Of a DNA stretch of 46,967 bases, positions 20,407 to 29,767 are shown piece after piece. The DNA is from a virus (taxonomy: Duplodnaviria > Caudoviricetes). The position numbers were made by a program, and so were the translations under genes. The stretch lies in IMG/VR virus record IMGVR_UViG_3300014050_002573, positions 1-46,967 of that record. The stretch is one strand, 5' to 3'. Position 1 is the stretch's first letter; every line of letters starts with the position of its first letter. The notes beneath the pieces are model-generated. The model did no database searches and was not told where the DNA came from. It saw only the letters and a list, made by a program, of their open reading frames with translations.

Positions 20407-22280
20407 TTTTCACCTAACCAGTCTTGTATAACTTCTGGATGAGTTACGCTTTCAATCGTAACACTCGGTGTAGGATTGTTCCAGTCAATCTTTCTATGGA
20501 AGATCCAACCACCCATCTCTCTCTCAAGACGGTCTGCTATATCATTGATTTCATCATCAGATACCTGTGACCAGGGCTTATCAAAAAACATGTTATTCTG
20601 TGTTGTATCTTCTTGCTTTCTGTTATAAAGACTCTGCCAGAATTTTGTCCAATGATGCTTATATGTCTTAATTTTTCTTGGAAGATCAAACCAAGAGTAG
20701 TGATACACACTAGGCAAATTTTGGATAACTGATGTAAACCATTGGACGTACCGATGCATTGCATCAGGATCTCTCATTGCAGCTTGGCGTAGCTGTTCTG
20801 TCTTCTGTGTGTGAAAGTTAACGTTTGGAACTAGATCACCTGTACTTTTTGTCACATAATCACAGCTATCTGAACCTGGTGCCGAGTAGAGCTCACCATT
20901 CTCATCATACATGCGTAGACTTGCAGGAATTCCGTGTGTGATCTCAGGATGATTCCTGCTCAAGCGCCACTTCCATGGATTAATGTCAATGCGAATCTTT
21001 CCTTTATTTCCCCAGAATTCCACAACAGGCAAGCAGATAAGGTTGACACTCTTTGGAATAGATGTTAAAAGATTCCTAATCTTTTCATAGTCATTTTCAT
21101 GGATTACTTCGTCAACGTCTTGTTGCCAGCAAAAATCTCCTGTACAGAGATCTCTTGCAGCAGCTTTTTGCATTCCGTCGGATTTATATGCAAATCGTGG
21201 ATGATCCCAATCAACTTCAATCTGCTTAATCTTTAGCTTAGAATTATCCTGTGCCATCGCCGCAAGAACATCCCACGTACCATCTGTCGACCCACTGTCA
21301 ACTACAACTACTTCGTCGCAAACATCGAGTAGAGAACTAATTGACTCAACAAAAGGATAATTTTGTTCGACGCAATTGTAGGTTGTGCTGTAACCAGACA
21401 GCGTCGGTTGATGCTGGATCACATTATTTATGGCCGCCCAAAACACATCAGGTCTATCCTTCAAGTAATCACAGACGTCATCTGGGTTGGCATTCCACCA
21501 TTTTTCTGCTGCATGCTGCACATTGTCGTTGGTGACGACCTCACAACCAAGAAGCTTCGCTTCGATCACCATTCGTGGGCAGGTGTCACCACCTCGAGGA
21601 AGGTAGACAAACCCCTCAGAGCTTGACATGGTGTCAAGAAGCTCCTCATACGGAACATCCCAGTAGCTCTGGAACTTCTTTCCATTATCATCGCACCACT
21701 TCACAGCGTCTTCATAGCCTTTGATCCAAGATTTTGACCCAAGAACCATCCAGCCACTTCTGTCGGTAGTCTTGCTCTTAAGTTGATTGATCTTGTCAAA
21801 GAAACGTGCGTCAAATACAGAGCTCAGGATGTGTGAGTTCCTGTGACCTAGAAGATTTGGAAAACGCTCTGTGTATCGAGCGCGTTGCTGCTCAGACATC
21901 CAGAAGATCGCATCAGCTGCTTGGTAGAATCCTGCGACCAATTGCCCTAGTTGGCGTTTATGACAGTCACATTCTTGTCCTGTCTCGTGCGTGTGCTTCT
22001 CAATCGAGCGGTGGAGGCAGAACTTGTAGTCATACTCAAGCACAGCATAACGGAGATTTGATGCAATAACTGGAATCAACGACCAGTTGATGGATGAGAA
22101 ATTACCAAAGATCCAGAAAGCGTCGACATGCTGCTGCAAGAACTCAACTGTTAAGTTCTTTGCATGAACTTTCTTAACAAGTGTGGGTGATGATTCAATT
22201 AGTGCATCTGAAGTTAGTTCGGCACCGCCGGCATACTGTTCAGCGAAGAGATCAGCAACAAAAATAATCTGTTTTTCCAT
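20403..22280 (-). CDS. Bifunctional glycosyltransferase (GT-B/GT4-like N-domain fused to a GT2 C-domain)
   Basis: GGAE and DTCPRMVIEAKLLG (GT-B); VVDSGSTDGT and QQDVDE (GT2). Confidence 0.82.
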   Translation of the reverse strand: MEKQIIFVADLFAEQYAGGAELTSDALIESSPTLVKKVHAKNLTVEFLQQHVDAFWIFGNFSSINWSLIPVIASNLRYAVLEYDYKFCLHRSIEKHTHETGQECDCHKRQLGQLVAGFYQAADAIFWMSEQQRARYTERFPNLLGHRNSHILSSVFDARFFDKINQLKSKTTDRSGWMVLGSKSWIKGYEDAVKWCDDNGKKFQSYWDVPYEELLDTMSSSEGFVYLPRGGDTCPRMVIEAKLLGCEVVTNDNVQHAAEKWWNANPDDVCDYLKDRPDVFWAAINNVIQHQPTLSGYSTTYNCVEQNYPFVESISSLLDVCDEVVVVDSGSTDGTWDVLAAMAQDNSKLKIKQIEVDWDHPRFAYKSDGMQKAAARDLCTGDFCWQQDVDEVIHENDYEKIRNLLTSIPKSVNLICLPVVEFWGNKGKIRIDINPWKWRLSRNHPEITHGIPASLRMYDENGELYSAPGSDSCDYVTKSTGDLVPNVNFHTQKTEQLRQAAMRDPDAMHRYVQWFTSVIQNLPSVYHYSWFDLPRKIKTYKHHWTKFWQSLYNRKQEDTTQNNMFFDKPWSQVSDDEINDIADRLEREMGGWIFHRKIDWNNPTPSVTIESVTHPEVIQDWLGEN

Positions 22281-22310
22281 GAACAGATTGTATTTCTGGC
22301 CTCGTTGTAG

Positions 22311-22511
22311 TTAACGAGTTGTTCCTACTCTTCCTATCTTGCCGTCGCTTAGGATCTTCTTGATGTCCTTTCCTAGATCAAGGACACCCTGCTTGAACGG
22401 CTCTATGAACACGTACGCCGCGGCGACGATGGCAATGACGATCACGCTGATGAGCAGCATGTACTCGACGGTGGACTGACCCTCTTCGTCTTTTAGAAGT
22501 TCTTTGATCAT
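22311..22511 (-). CDS. flp: Flp/Tad-type (type IVb/c) prepilin
   Basis: 66 aa; LKDEEG|QSTVEY prepilin cleavage site with E at +5 and Y at +6, followed by a hydrophobic helix MLLISVIVIAIVAAAYVFI. Confidence 0.85.
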   Translation of the reverse strand: MIKELLKDEEGQSTVEYMLLISVIVIAIVAAAYVFIEPFKQGVLDLGKDIKKILSDGKIGRVGTTR

Positions 22512-23051
22512 TTAGAATCCATTGGTTGCTGGGTTGTAGAAGACTTTACCCGTGACGTTTGTTGTCTTGGTGATCGTCGCGGTCGAGTGGTTGAACGTAA
22601 GGACATCCCCGCCGGCCTGCTCTCCGTATTGAATTCTTATAGGATAATAGACACCGGAAGTAAGAGCAGATGTCCCTGACGTCTCAATGTTACCATGAAG
22701 ACCGCCGTTATTGACCGTGGCATTTGCTGTAGTGAATCCAGAGAGCGCGTTGCTTCCGATCCACAGGTACGACGCATCGTCCGATGAGAGGAAGAACGTG
22801 TAGGTCTCAGTTGTCGTGGGACGAAAATATCCAAGCCATTGCATGCTGAAGTTTGAGCCAGCATCGGTCGACGGTTCCTCAATGACTGTCGTCTGGACAA
22901 GAGTGGCAGTCGAAGTGGCTGTTGCGAAGAAGTTGACGTCGTCGGCAAAGTAGCCCGTGTAGGTCGTGCGATACAGGCCAGCGGAGTAGACGATTGTTGG
23001 CGCTGGAAATGAGGAGATAGGTCCTGCAAAATTTGAAATTCTTCCGTACAT
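22512..23051 (-). CDS. PA14/GLEYA carbohydrate-binding domain protein, probable fibre-tip adhesin
   Basis: FSMQWLGYF.P..T.TYTF.LSSDDASYLWI, NNGGLHG, YYPIRIQYGE..GG. Confidence 0.85.
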   Translation of the reverse strand: MYGRISNFAGPISSFPAPTIVYSAGLYRTTYTGYFADDVNFFATATSTATLVQTTVIEEPSTDAGSNFSMQWLGYFRPTTTETYTFFLSSDDASYLWIGSNALSGFTTANATVNNGGLHGNIETSGTSALTSGVYYPIRIQYGEQAGGDVLTFNHSTATITKTTNVTGKVFYNPATNGF

Positions 23052-23800
23052 TAAACACCATACCTGCTGCGATCAGCCTGGAAGTTAGCTGAGACCTGCG
23101 CTGCCGAGAGTGCTGTGTTGTAGACCTGGAGGGCTCCGAGTCTCATGTTGGAGAAAGTTCCGTCGCCCAAGTTTGTTCCGTCTGCGTGTGCGATGGCGTA
23201 GTGTAACGGTAGGTTGCCACCATCGTTGTAGGGAGTCGATCGTGTTATAGTGGCGGATGTAACTGCAAGCGCACCGTTGACATAACCTCTCAGGACTGAT
23301 CCATCGAACGTGAAACCTGCGTAGTACCAGGCACTCAGCGGGGTCGATATGGTCGATGAAAATCCCGGCTGGTTGCTCCAGACAGAGAACTTCATTGTCC
23401 CGGCGACCATCTCGATCTGCGAATCATGCCAGCCAGAATTTGGAGTCGTCTGGCCTAACTCCTGGACAATGACACCGTTGTCCATGGGATAGACCCAGGT
23501 GAATATGGAAATCACTGTCGAAGTGTTTGCCGGAGACAGCTTCGAGTTGAGGTTGGTGTTGGTCGTGAGGTACTGGTTGGTGCCGTTGAACGTGAGGTAG
23601 CCGGATGCGTATGTCGGGGTGTTGAAGAGGGTGGCGTTGCTGTTGGCTTGAAGATCCGTGACAGTCGCGCCGGATCCCGGATAGGAGGACGCATTACCGA
23701 TGTCGTAGTTGAGGATGAGTCCTGTTGACACGATTGAGCTACCGCTCGTGAAAGGGCGGGTTGAGATAGGTCCTGCAAAATTTGAGAACCTGCCATACAT
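23051..23800 (-). CDS. LamG/concanavalin-A-like lectin domain protein, probable fibre-tip adhesin
   Basis: GLILNYD...SYPGSG, FNGTNQY, W..P, WYY...TFDG...YVNG, VYNTALSAAQV. Confidence 0.85.
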   Translation of the reverse strand: MYGRFSNFAGPISTRPFTSGSSIVSTGLILNYDIGNASSYPGSGATVTDLQANSNATLFNTPTYASGYLTFNGTNQYLTTNTNLNSKLSPANTSTVISIFTWVYPMDNGVIVQELGQTTPNSGWHDSQIEMVAGTMKFSVWSNQPGFSSTISTPLSAWYYAGFTFDGSVLRGYVNGALAVTSATITRSTPYNDGGNLPLHYAIAHADGTNLGDGTFSNMRLGALQVYNTALSAAQVSANFQADRSRYGV

Positions 23801-23804
23801 CAGA

Positions 23805-25712
23805 TCACCCGTATGTGCTCATCTGGCCGAGGACTTTCCAAGTTGATCCTGACCTGATGAGGCTGAACCCGAAGACGTCCTGCTTGTTAGCTGTTCCTGT
23901 TGGCGTGGTTCCGTTTGCCCAGTTGATCGTTTGAGCCACTGTATCGATTTGGACCCCGCTGACTATTCTAGGTGTCGCGCTCTGTGAGATGATGACTGTG
24001 GGAGTGATAATTCTGTTGGGGGTTGTCGGAACATTCGTGAAGTTCGCCGTGATGGCACCGGTTGGACCATTAACATAGAATATGCTAGCGCCTGCGAGAT
24101 CATAAGCAACTGTTCCTGTTCCGCCGACTGATGGGACCAGCTTCTCAGTGACTGATGAGAGTGTAGTCCTTCCGTCAACCTGCATTGCTCCCGTGAAGCT
24201 GCTTGTTGTCACTGTTCCACCAACTACGATAGCGTTAGCAAGGGTTCCAACATTGAGTGTACCAGTCAGTGCTGTTGTAAGAAGGTTGTAGGTTGTAGTC
24301 GTCACAGTCTGTATCGAGCTACCGCTAACAACGAGGCTTCCTGAGAGCGCTGCATTGCCTTCCTCGAAGACTGTGAACTGTTCAATGTCTCTATAGTCCA
24401 GGACTGCGAACTTGTGACCTGTACCATCGTTATTGGCGTCTATCTTTGCGAGCAAATTACCGCTGGAGATCAGAGTCATCACGTTCGCGCCGGACCCAGG
24501 CGCTCCGATGATGTTGCCCGTGGAAGTTGCCAAGCTTCCTGTTACAGTGAACAGGCCATCACCTCTTAGGCTTGCAATCTCTGTTGTTCCTGCATACCAC
24601 TTAAAACGGGGCGTCGTAGTTGCAACATTGATACCAAACCACATGGCTTGGTTCTCCATTCCAATTGCCCAATCTGCGCTAGAAGCACCTATGCTTGGGT
24701 ATAGAAGAAGTCGTGTACCGATAGATGAGTTTGTGAACGTGGGTGCGCCTAACGCCCCTCCACCAACTGGGAAGCTAATAAGGCTTCCGGCCGCATTTGT
24801 GAGAGCAATCTTGCCGCTACTTGCTGTAATAACACCATTTAACGTCATTACGCTGTTTGATGATCCTGATCCGATTGTAATGGCTGTTGCTGATCCGCCG
24901 ATATTAAGTGTAGCAACAGACCCTGTTACTAGATTAAAAGTTGATGATGTTGATGTTATATCACCACCGTTAACTGCAAGATCACCACTCAGCAACGCGT
25001 TCGATCCTGTCAAGTTTCCAGCAAATGTCGTTGCGCTTCCTGCAGCTCCGATGTTGACCGCAGAAGCACCGCCTCCCAAGTTGACAGTTGTCGCCGTTGC
25101 GTTCACCAGGTTGAAAGTACCTGCCGACGTGGTGATGTCTCCACCGTTAACTGCAAGGTCACCATTTGCAAGAATGTTAGATGCTGTGATATTTGATGAA
25201 GCGTTTATAGTGACTAGGCTGAGTGATCCTGTCACTAAGCCGTTCACGTCGACGAACGAAGTTACTCCGGATCCATTAGTTTGTAGGACATTGCCGTTTG
25301 AACCAGCAGCATTGGGCAGTGTGATTGAAAGATTTGCCGCGATACTGTCAGCTGCCTTGAGTGCGGTGTAATTTCCACCATTAGCAGCAAGTTCCTTGAA
25401 CCTCACCTCGCCTGTCTGTCCTGCGGAAGTTCCATAGGGCTGGACAACCACAGCACCGTGACCAGTGACGTCAATGTCGGTGAAGTACGAAGATCCTGAT
25501 ACCCTGAGGTCACCGCCGAACACGGCAACGCCGGGGAGGCTTGAAGCGATGGCGCCTTGCACGCCGCTCACAAAGAATTTGACATCTGCGGGCAGCATTG
25601 GAAACACAGATGCTGGTGAGTCGGCAATGACCAGAGTCCCTGATATTGCTGTGGTAGAAGTCAGGGCTCCACCAGCCCCAATACTTCCTGAAATTGTTCC
25701 TATAAGGGCCAT
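23805..25712 (-). CDS. Tail fibre-like virion protein
   Basis: S/T/G-rich beta repeats (GDLAVNGGDIT); GNVLQTNGSGVTSF; C-terminal INWANGTTP...DVFGF module typical of phage fibres. Confidence 0.72.
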   Translation of the reverse strand: MALIGTISGSIGAGGALTSTTAISGTLVIADSPASVFPMLPADVKFFVSGVQGAIASSLPGVAVFGGDLRVSGSSYFTDIDVTGHGAVVVQPYGTSAGQTGEVRFKELAANGGNYTALKAADSIAANLSITLPNAAGSNGNVLQTNGSGVTSFVDVNGLVTGSLSLVTINASSNITASNILANGDLAVNGGDITTSAGTFNLVNATATTVNLGGGASAVNIGAAGSATTFAGNLTGSNALLSGDLAVNGGDITSTSSTFNLVTGSVATLNIGGSATAITIGSGSSNSVMTLNGVITASSGKIALTNAAGSLISFPVGGGALGAPTFTNSSIGTRLLLYPSIGASSADWAIGMENQAMWFGINVATTTPRFKWYAGTTEIASLRGDGLFTVTGSLATSTGNIIGAPGSGANVMTLISSGNLLAKIDANNDGTGHKFAVLDYRDIEQFTVFEEGNAALSGSLVVSGSSIQTVTTTTYNLLTTALTGTLNVGTLANAIVVGGTVTTSSFTGAMQVDGRTTLSSVTEKLVPSVGGTGTVAYDLAGASIFYVNGPTGAITANFTNVPTTPNRIITPTVIISQSATPRIVSGVQIDTVAQTINWANGTTPTGTANKQDVFGFSLIRSGSTWKVLGQMSTYG

Positions 25713-25807
25713 TTTTTACTCTCTGGAAATAAATATCACTCCCACCGTGAAGATGAGAGTGATATTAGGCTCGAACTAAACTAAATGTTTAGTTATTTTC
25801 AAAAAGA

Positions 25808-28360
25808 CTAGATCTCTTCGAGAACGAACTTGTAACGCTTGCCGCTCTTATTGTTGGTAAGAGTGAGGAATTCTTCTTCCTCGATCACTGTCCAGTCGCC
25901 GCGTTCATTCTTCAAGTGTAAGTCACCTGTGTACATGTTGCGCCAACGAAGGTCAGGTGTTCCAAGGTCGAATTGGTTGGTTGCATTGGGAATAAGGCTT
26001 GATGCTGCGTATCCGTTGAATGTGAGATTGTCACCTGACGCGTCACCGAGGAAGACTGAGCCGCTTAGAGTGGTTGTACCTTGAACCAGGAGCGTGCCGT
26101 TGGTTGACAAGTTACCTGCAGAGCTGATAGTAAGTCCTGTATCGTTGAATCCACCACCAAAATTTGCATTCTGTACAACATTAAGTGTGTTGTTGACCAG
26201 GACATTTGATCCTGTCAAGTTGCCCTGGAATGTCGTTGAACCACCGGATGCACCAGCCGTGAGTGTCGTCGCAGCTCTTGCAAAGTTAACTGTCGTTGCT
26301 GTGGCGTCAATGAGATTGAACGTGGTGGCTATTGTTGTAATATCACCGCCGTTAACTGCAAGATCGCCGCTAAACAGTGCATTTGATCCTGTTATCTCAC
26401 CGTTATTATTGATTCTTGCAACTAAGTTTCCACCGCCATCTTTGGTCTGGAAAGATCCAGATGTGACAACATTGTTTACGGCATCAATGGTGACGCCCGT
26501 TGTATTCTGGATGATCTTACCAGTCAGTCCGTTGAAGCGTGCGATTGCTGTGTCTGTTGAAGATCCGGGACCTGTGACGTCGCCGACGCCGCCCGCTGTT
26601 GAGATGGTGACTGCGCCGTTAGATCCTGTTGCAATAGAAATATTTGTTCCAGCAACGAGATAGGATGTTCCATCTGTGAGCTTGGTGAGTGAACCACTGA
26701 GCCCCTGTGTAAACTTAGTCACACCTGCAACGTTGTTTGTTCCTGCAATATTTCCCATATTGATGGTTGTTGCTGCTTGAGCGAAATTAACAGTTGTTGA
26801 AACAGTGTTGAATACGCTTGCAGTACCAACAGCCGCGCCAGCTGTCAGACTAACTATACCACCACCCACTGATGCCGTTAGGAATGGGACGCCAGCACCT
26901 TCGAAGACCACGAGACGATTATTTGAACCGATCGTTGTCTGGCTACCAGAGATGACCATGGCACGAGGTGCGCCTCCTGTCTGTGCTTCAAATCTGACTC
27001 CGCCGCCGCCTGTTTGTGGGCTAATTGTTGCTTGTTCTGATTCATTTACGCGGAATGAAACAGACGGTGCACCTATATTGACAACTGTGCCTGATAACCA
27101 CAGAGATGAGAGTGCATTTGCAGTTGTTACACCCTTGATCTGGCCTTCACCAGATGATCCTAGATAATCTCCAATCTGGACCGTGGGTGTACCTGCCTTG
27201 GTGAATGTTGTTGTTGCTGTGTGATTGACGAGAACATTCAAAGCATCTGAGCTGCTTAGATATGCCGATCCTGCTGCAACTGCCGAGCCTGGTGTACCGC
27301 CAACCTGGAAGCTTGATGCTCTGAATGGAGTGTAGGATGTGATGGCAACTGGATCGTTACCTGCACCTGTTGAAGTCCTAACAGATGTGAATGTGCTGTC
27401 TGTGTTGTCCCAGAATAGTGCAACATTGCCACCCGTATCCATTCCGCCAATAAAGCCGCGGTCCCCTGCAGTTGTTACCGTTGAACCGCTTGTGAATCCG
27501 AGTCCAATAACTGGATCTTCAATGGTCAGTGTTGTTGCATCAACTGTTACAGTTGTTCCCTGGACTGTGAGATCGCCAGGGATGATAACGTTGCCGCCGG
27601 AGAGAGTGATTGCCGTTGCACCGGTGCTGGACTTGATGTTATTACCAGTAACTGTAAGCTCTCCAGCAACAGCAACATTGCCAGATGTTGATGTGAGAGT
27701 TAAAGCTGTAGCACCATCAGCAGCCTGTATTATGTTGCTGCCCACTTTAATGTTACCGTTTGTTGTAACAGTGCTACCACCTGACTTACCAATTACAACA
27801 GACGTGGCATTTGTTGTAAAGAGATTGACTGTCGCGGCTGAGTTAGTATCCAGATTTACTGTTCCACCTGCTCCACCTGCTAAGTCACTGACTGTAAGAT
27901 CAGAATTTTGAATGATCTTTCCAGTCGTTCCGTCAAATCGAGCAATTGCATTATCTGTAGCAGACACTGGACCGTCAACGTCTCCGCCGCCCGCACCTGC
28001 TGCAAGAGATGTGAGTGTTACACCTCCTGAATTTCCGCTATCGAAGAATGTGAGACCGCCTGATCCGCTAGTGATCTTTGCTGCGCCGCCTTGGAATCTG
28101 ATCTCGTTGGAGTCGATCCTAATTGAGCCAGTTCCGATTGTGATCGAACCGCTAACTACTGTGTCACCGCCGAAGACAGAGACTGTTCGTGAACCTGCAG
28201 CCTTGCCGTCAATTGCGCCTGAGACGAAGAAGACTGTGTCTGTGCCTGGGAAGGCAGGAAATAAACCGCCTGTCCCAGGATTTGCAATAATCATTGAGCC
28301 TGTAACATTTATTGTGTTACTTGCTCCACCTGAACCTGATAAACTACCAACAAATGCCAT
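25808..28360 (-). CDS. Long tail fibre-like virion protein
   Basis: Two GDV.GP.S.TD.AIARF.G.TGKIIQN repeats; GDLTVQGTTVTV...IED; C-terminal DLG...RW.N.YTGDLHL.NERGD. Confidence 0.75.
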   Translation of the reverse strand: MAFVGSLSGSGGASNTINVTGSMIIANPGTGGLFPAFPGTDTVFFVSGAIDGKAAGSRTVSVFGGDTVVSGSITIGTGSIRIDSNEIRFQGGAAKITSGSGGLTFFDSGNSGGVTLTSLAAGAGGGDVDGPVSATDNAIARFDGTTGKIIQNSDLTVSDLAGGAGGTVNLDTNSAATVNLFTTNATSVVIGKSGGSTVTTNGNIKVGSNIIQAADGATALTLTSTSGNVAVAGELTVTGNNIKSSTGATAITLSGGNVIIPGDLTVQGTTVTVDATTLTIEDPVIGLGFTSGSTVTTAGDRGFIGGMDTGGNVALFWDNTDSTFTSVRTSTGAGNDPVAITSYTPFRASSFQVGGTPGSAVAAGSAYLSSSDALNVLVNHTATTTFTKAGTPTVQIGDYLGSSGEGQIKGVTTANALSSLWLSGTVVNIGAPSVSFRVNESEQATISPQTGGGGVRFEAQTGGAPRAMVISGSQTTIGSNNRLVVFEGAGVPFLTASVGGGIVSLTAGAAVGTASVFNTVSTTVNFAQAATTINMGNIAGTNNVAGVTKFTQGLSGSLTKLTDGTSYLVAGTNISIATGSNGAVTISTAGGVGDVTGPGSSTDTAIARFNGLTGKIIQNTTGVTIDAVNNVVTSGSFQTKDGGGNLVARINNNGEITGSNALFSGDLAVNGGDITTIATTFNLIDATATTVNFARAATTLTAGASGGSTTFQGNLTGSNVLVNNTLNVVQNANFGGGFNDTGLTISSAGNLSTNGTLLVQGTTTLSGSVFLGDASGDNLTFNGYAASSLIPNATNQFDLGTPDLRWRNMYTGDLHLKNERGDWTVIEEEEFLTLTNNKSGKRYKFVLEEI

Positions 28361-28412
28361 TAGAAACTCCTAATCCCATCAACTAATTATCTTGATGGAG
28401 CGAAGATTATTT

Positions 28413-29534
28413 TTATTCGTCGTATTCTGGTGCTCTTTCTAACACAAACTTATAACGTTTTCCTGTCTTATTGAATCGAATTGTGAGGCAATCTTCTTCT
28501 TCAATTAGAGTGTAGTCTCCGCGCTCATTTCTGAGGTGTAAGTCACCCGTGTAGACATTCGCAAAACGTGCTGTATCGGATCCTAAGTTTCTTGTTCGAT
28601 TACCGTCGGGTATAATGTCAGATGCTAGGCGACCATTGACTACAAGATTATCTGTATTTGAAGTCCCAAGATAAGCAGATCCTGAGATGACAGTGTCGCC
28701 GCCGAAGACTGCAGTGCCTCTTGTATTTCCGCCCTTGGCTCCATTCTTTCCTGCCACAAAGAATGTCGTGTCAGATGAGTTAAATGGATTTGCTGCACCC
28801 GTGTAGATCGACGACGGGAAGATAGAAATAACAGAGCCTGTCAAAGAACCATTGGGCCTAACATCCAAGAAATTTGATGTTACACCATTTGACGTCTTAA
28901 CGCTTGCAACAAATTGTCCAGCAGGTGTTGTATTTCTAATTTCTAGGTTACCGCTATTTGTCTCTGTGAGCGTTGTCGAACCACCAGCAGATGTCAATGT
29001 AATGGTTGATGATCCTGCTGCAGAAGAAACTGTAGCATTACCATTTAGTGCATAGAGTGAACCTGATGTGACAACATCGCCACCGATTACAGCGGTTCCT
29101 GATGTTCCTTTACCTGCAATGCTTCCCGACACAAAGAAAAAGACATCAGATCCAGCAGACTGTGCAGCATAAGATGTGCCTAGGCCACCTGCAATTGCAA
29201 CAGATGCTGTAGTATTGAGACGTGGTGACGGGCTAAGCTCATTCCAGTTGCCTGCTCCAGCTCCACCGATTGAGACACCAAAAAGGCTTCCTGAGATGTA
29301 GACATCGCCACCGAATGTTACACGATCATTACCGCCTTTAGCTCCTGAGATGAAGAGCCACGTATCTGATCCTGTTCCAGACAGTTTTAAGTCGTTTGTA
29401 TCAACTGTAATCCCGTCATTTCCTGCAGCCGTCTCATTAAAGATGAGTAACTGCGGTTTCTTTGTGCTGCCTGATGCAATTAGGCGCTCAACTCTAATGC
29501 CAGAAGCTTTAAAATCTGGTGGTTTCGATGCCAT
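28413..29534 (-). CDS. Fibre-like virion protein
   Basis: Three F[VI][SA]G...GGD...SGS repeats; C-terminal domain shared with 25808..28360. Confidence 0.65.
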   Translation of the reverse strand: MASKPPDFKASGIRVERLIASGSTKKPQLLIFNETAAGNDGITVDTNDLKLSGTGSDTWLFISGAKGGNDRVTFGGDVYISGSLFGVSIGGAGAGNWNELSPSPRLNTTASVAIAGGLGTSYAAQSAGSDVFFFVSGSIAGKGTSGTAVIGGDVVTSGSLYALNGNATVSSAAGSSTITLTSAGGSTTLTETNSGNLEIRNTTPAGQFVASVKTSNGVTSNFLDVRPNGSLTGSVISIFPSSIYTGAANPFNSSDTTFFVAGKNGAKGGNTRGTAVFGGDTVISGSAYLGTSNTDNLVVNGRLASDIIPDGNRTRNLGSDTARFANVYTGDLHLRNERGDYTLIEEEDCLTIRFNKTGKRYKFVLERAPEYDE

Positions 29535-29767
29535 TATGTTGAGCTCACTATGAGGTAATTATAATCCACTGCGTTTTGTTCTGAGGATGCAATTGCATAG
29601 AGAGGATTTGATACTGTATAAGCTGACATGTTCACATTTTCATTTGGCAACAAAGTAAATGCTATGTTGGCATCTGATCCTGACACTGTCACAAGTATAG
29701 GACCAACACCTGATGAGTCAAGTGTTGCAGTTCCAAACTGCATTTCTACTGTCGATACTCTAGACAT
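29534..29767 (-). CDS. Hypothetical small beta-rich virion protein
   Basis: Overlaps both neighbours by 1 nt, suggesting translational coupling. Confidence 0.55.
   Translation of the reverse strand: MSRVSTVEMQFGTATLDSSGVGPILVTVSGSDANIAFTLLPNENVNMSAYTVSNPLYAIASSEQNAVDYNYLIVSST

Noticed and set aside
439-22280. Bacterial O-antigen or capsule locus
   Set aside because: No wzx, wzy, wzz, ABC exporter or initiating transferase, and the flanks are phage-type genes; not fully excluded without the rest of the contig
24433-28373. Long plus-strand ORFs (312, 189, 190, 153 aa) opposite the fibre genes
   Set aside because: Antisense shadows of Thr/Gly/Ser-rich codons; no RBS or recognisable motifs
22512-29534. 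Diversity-generating retroelement or invertase shufflon acting on the fibres
   Set aside because: No reverse transcriptase or recombinase in the window; the repeats are direct and differ mostly at synonymous sites rather than specifically at adenines
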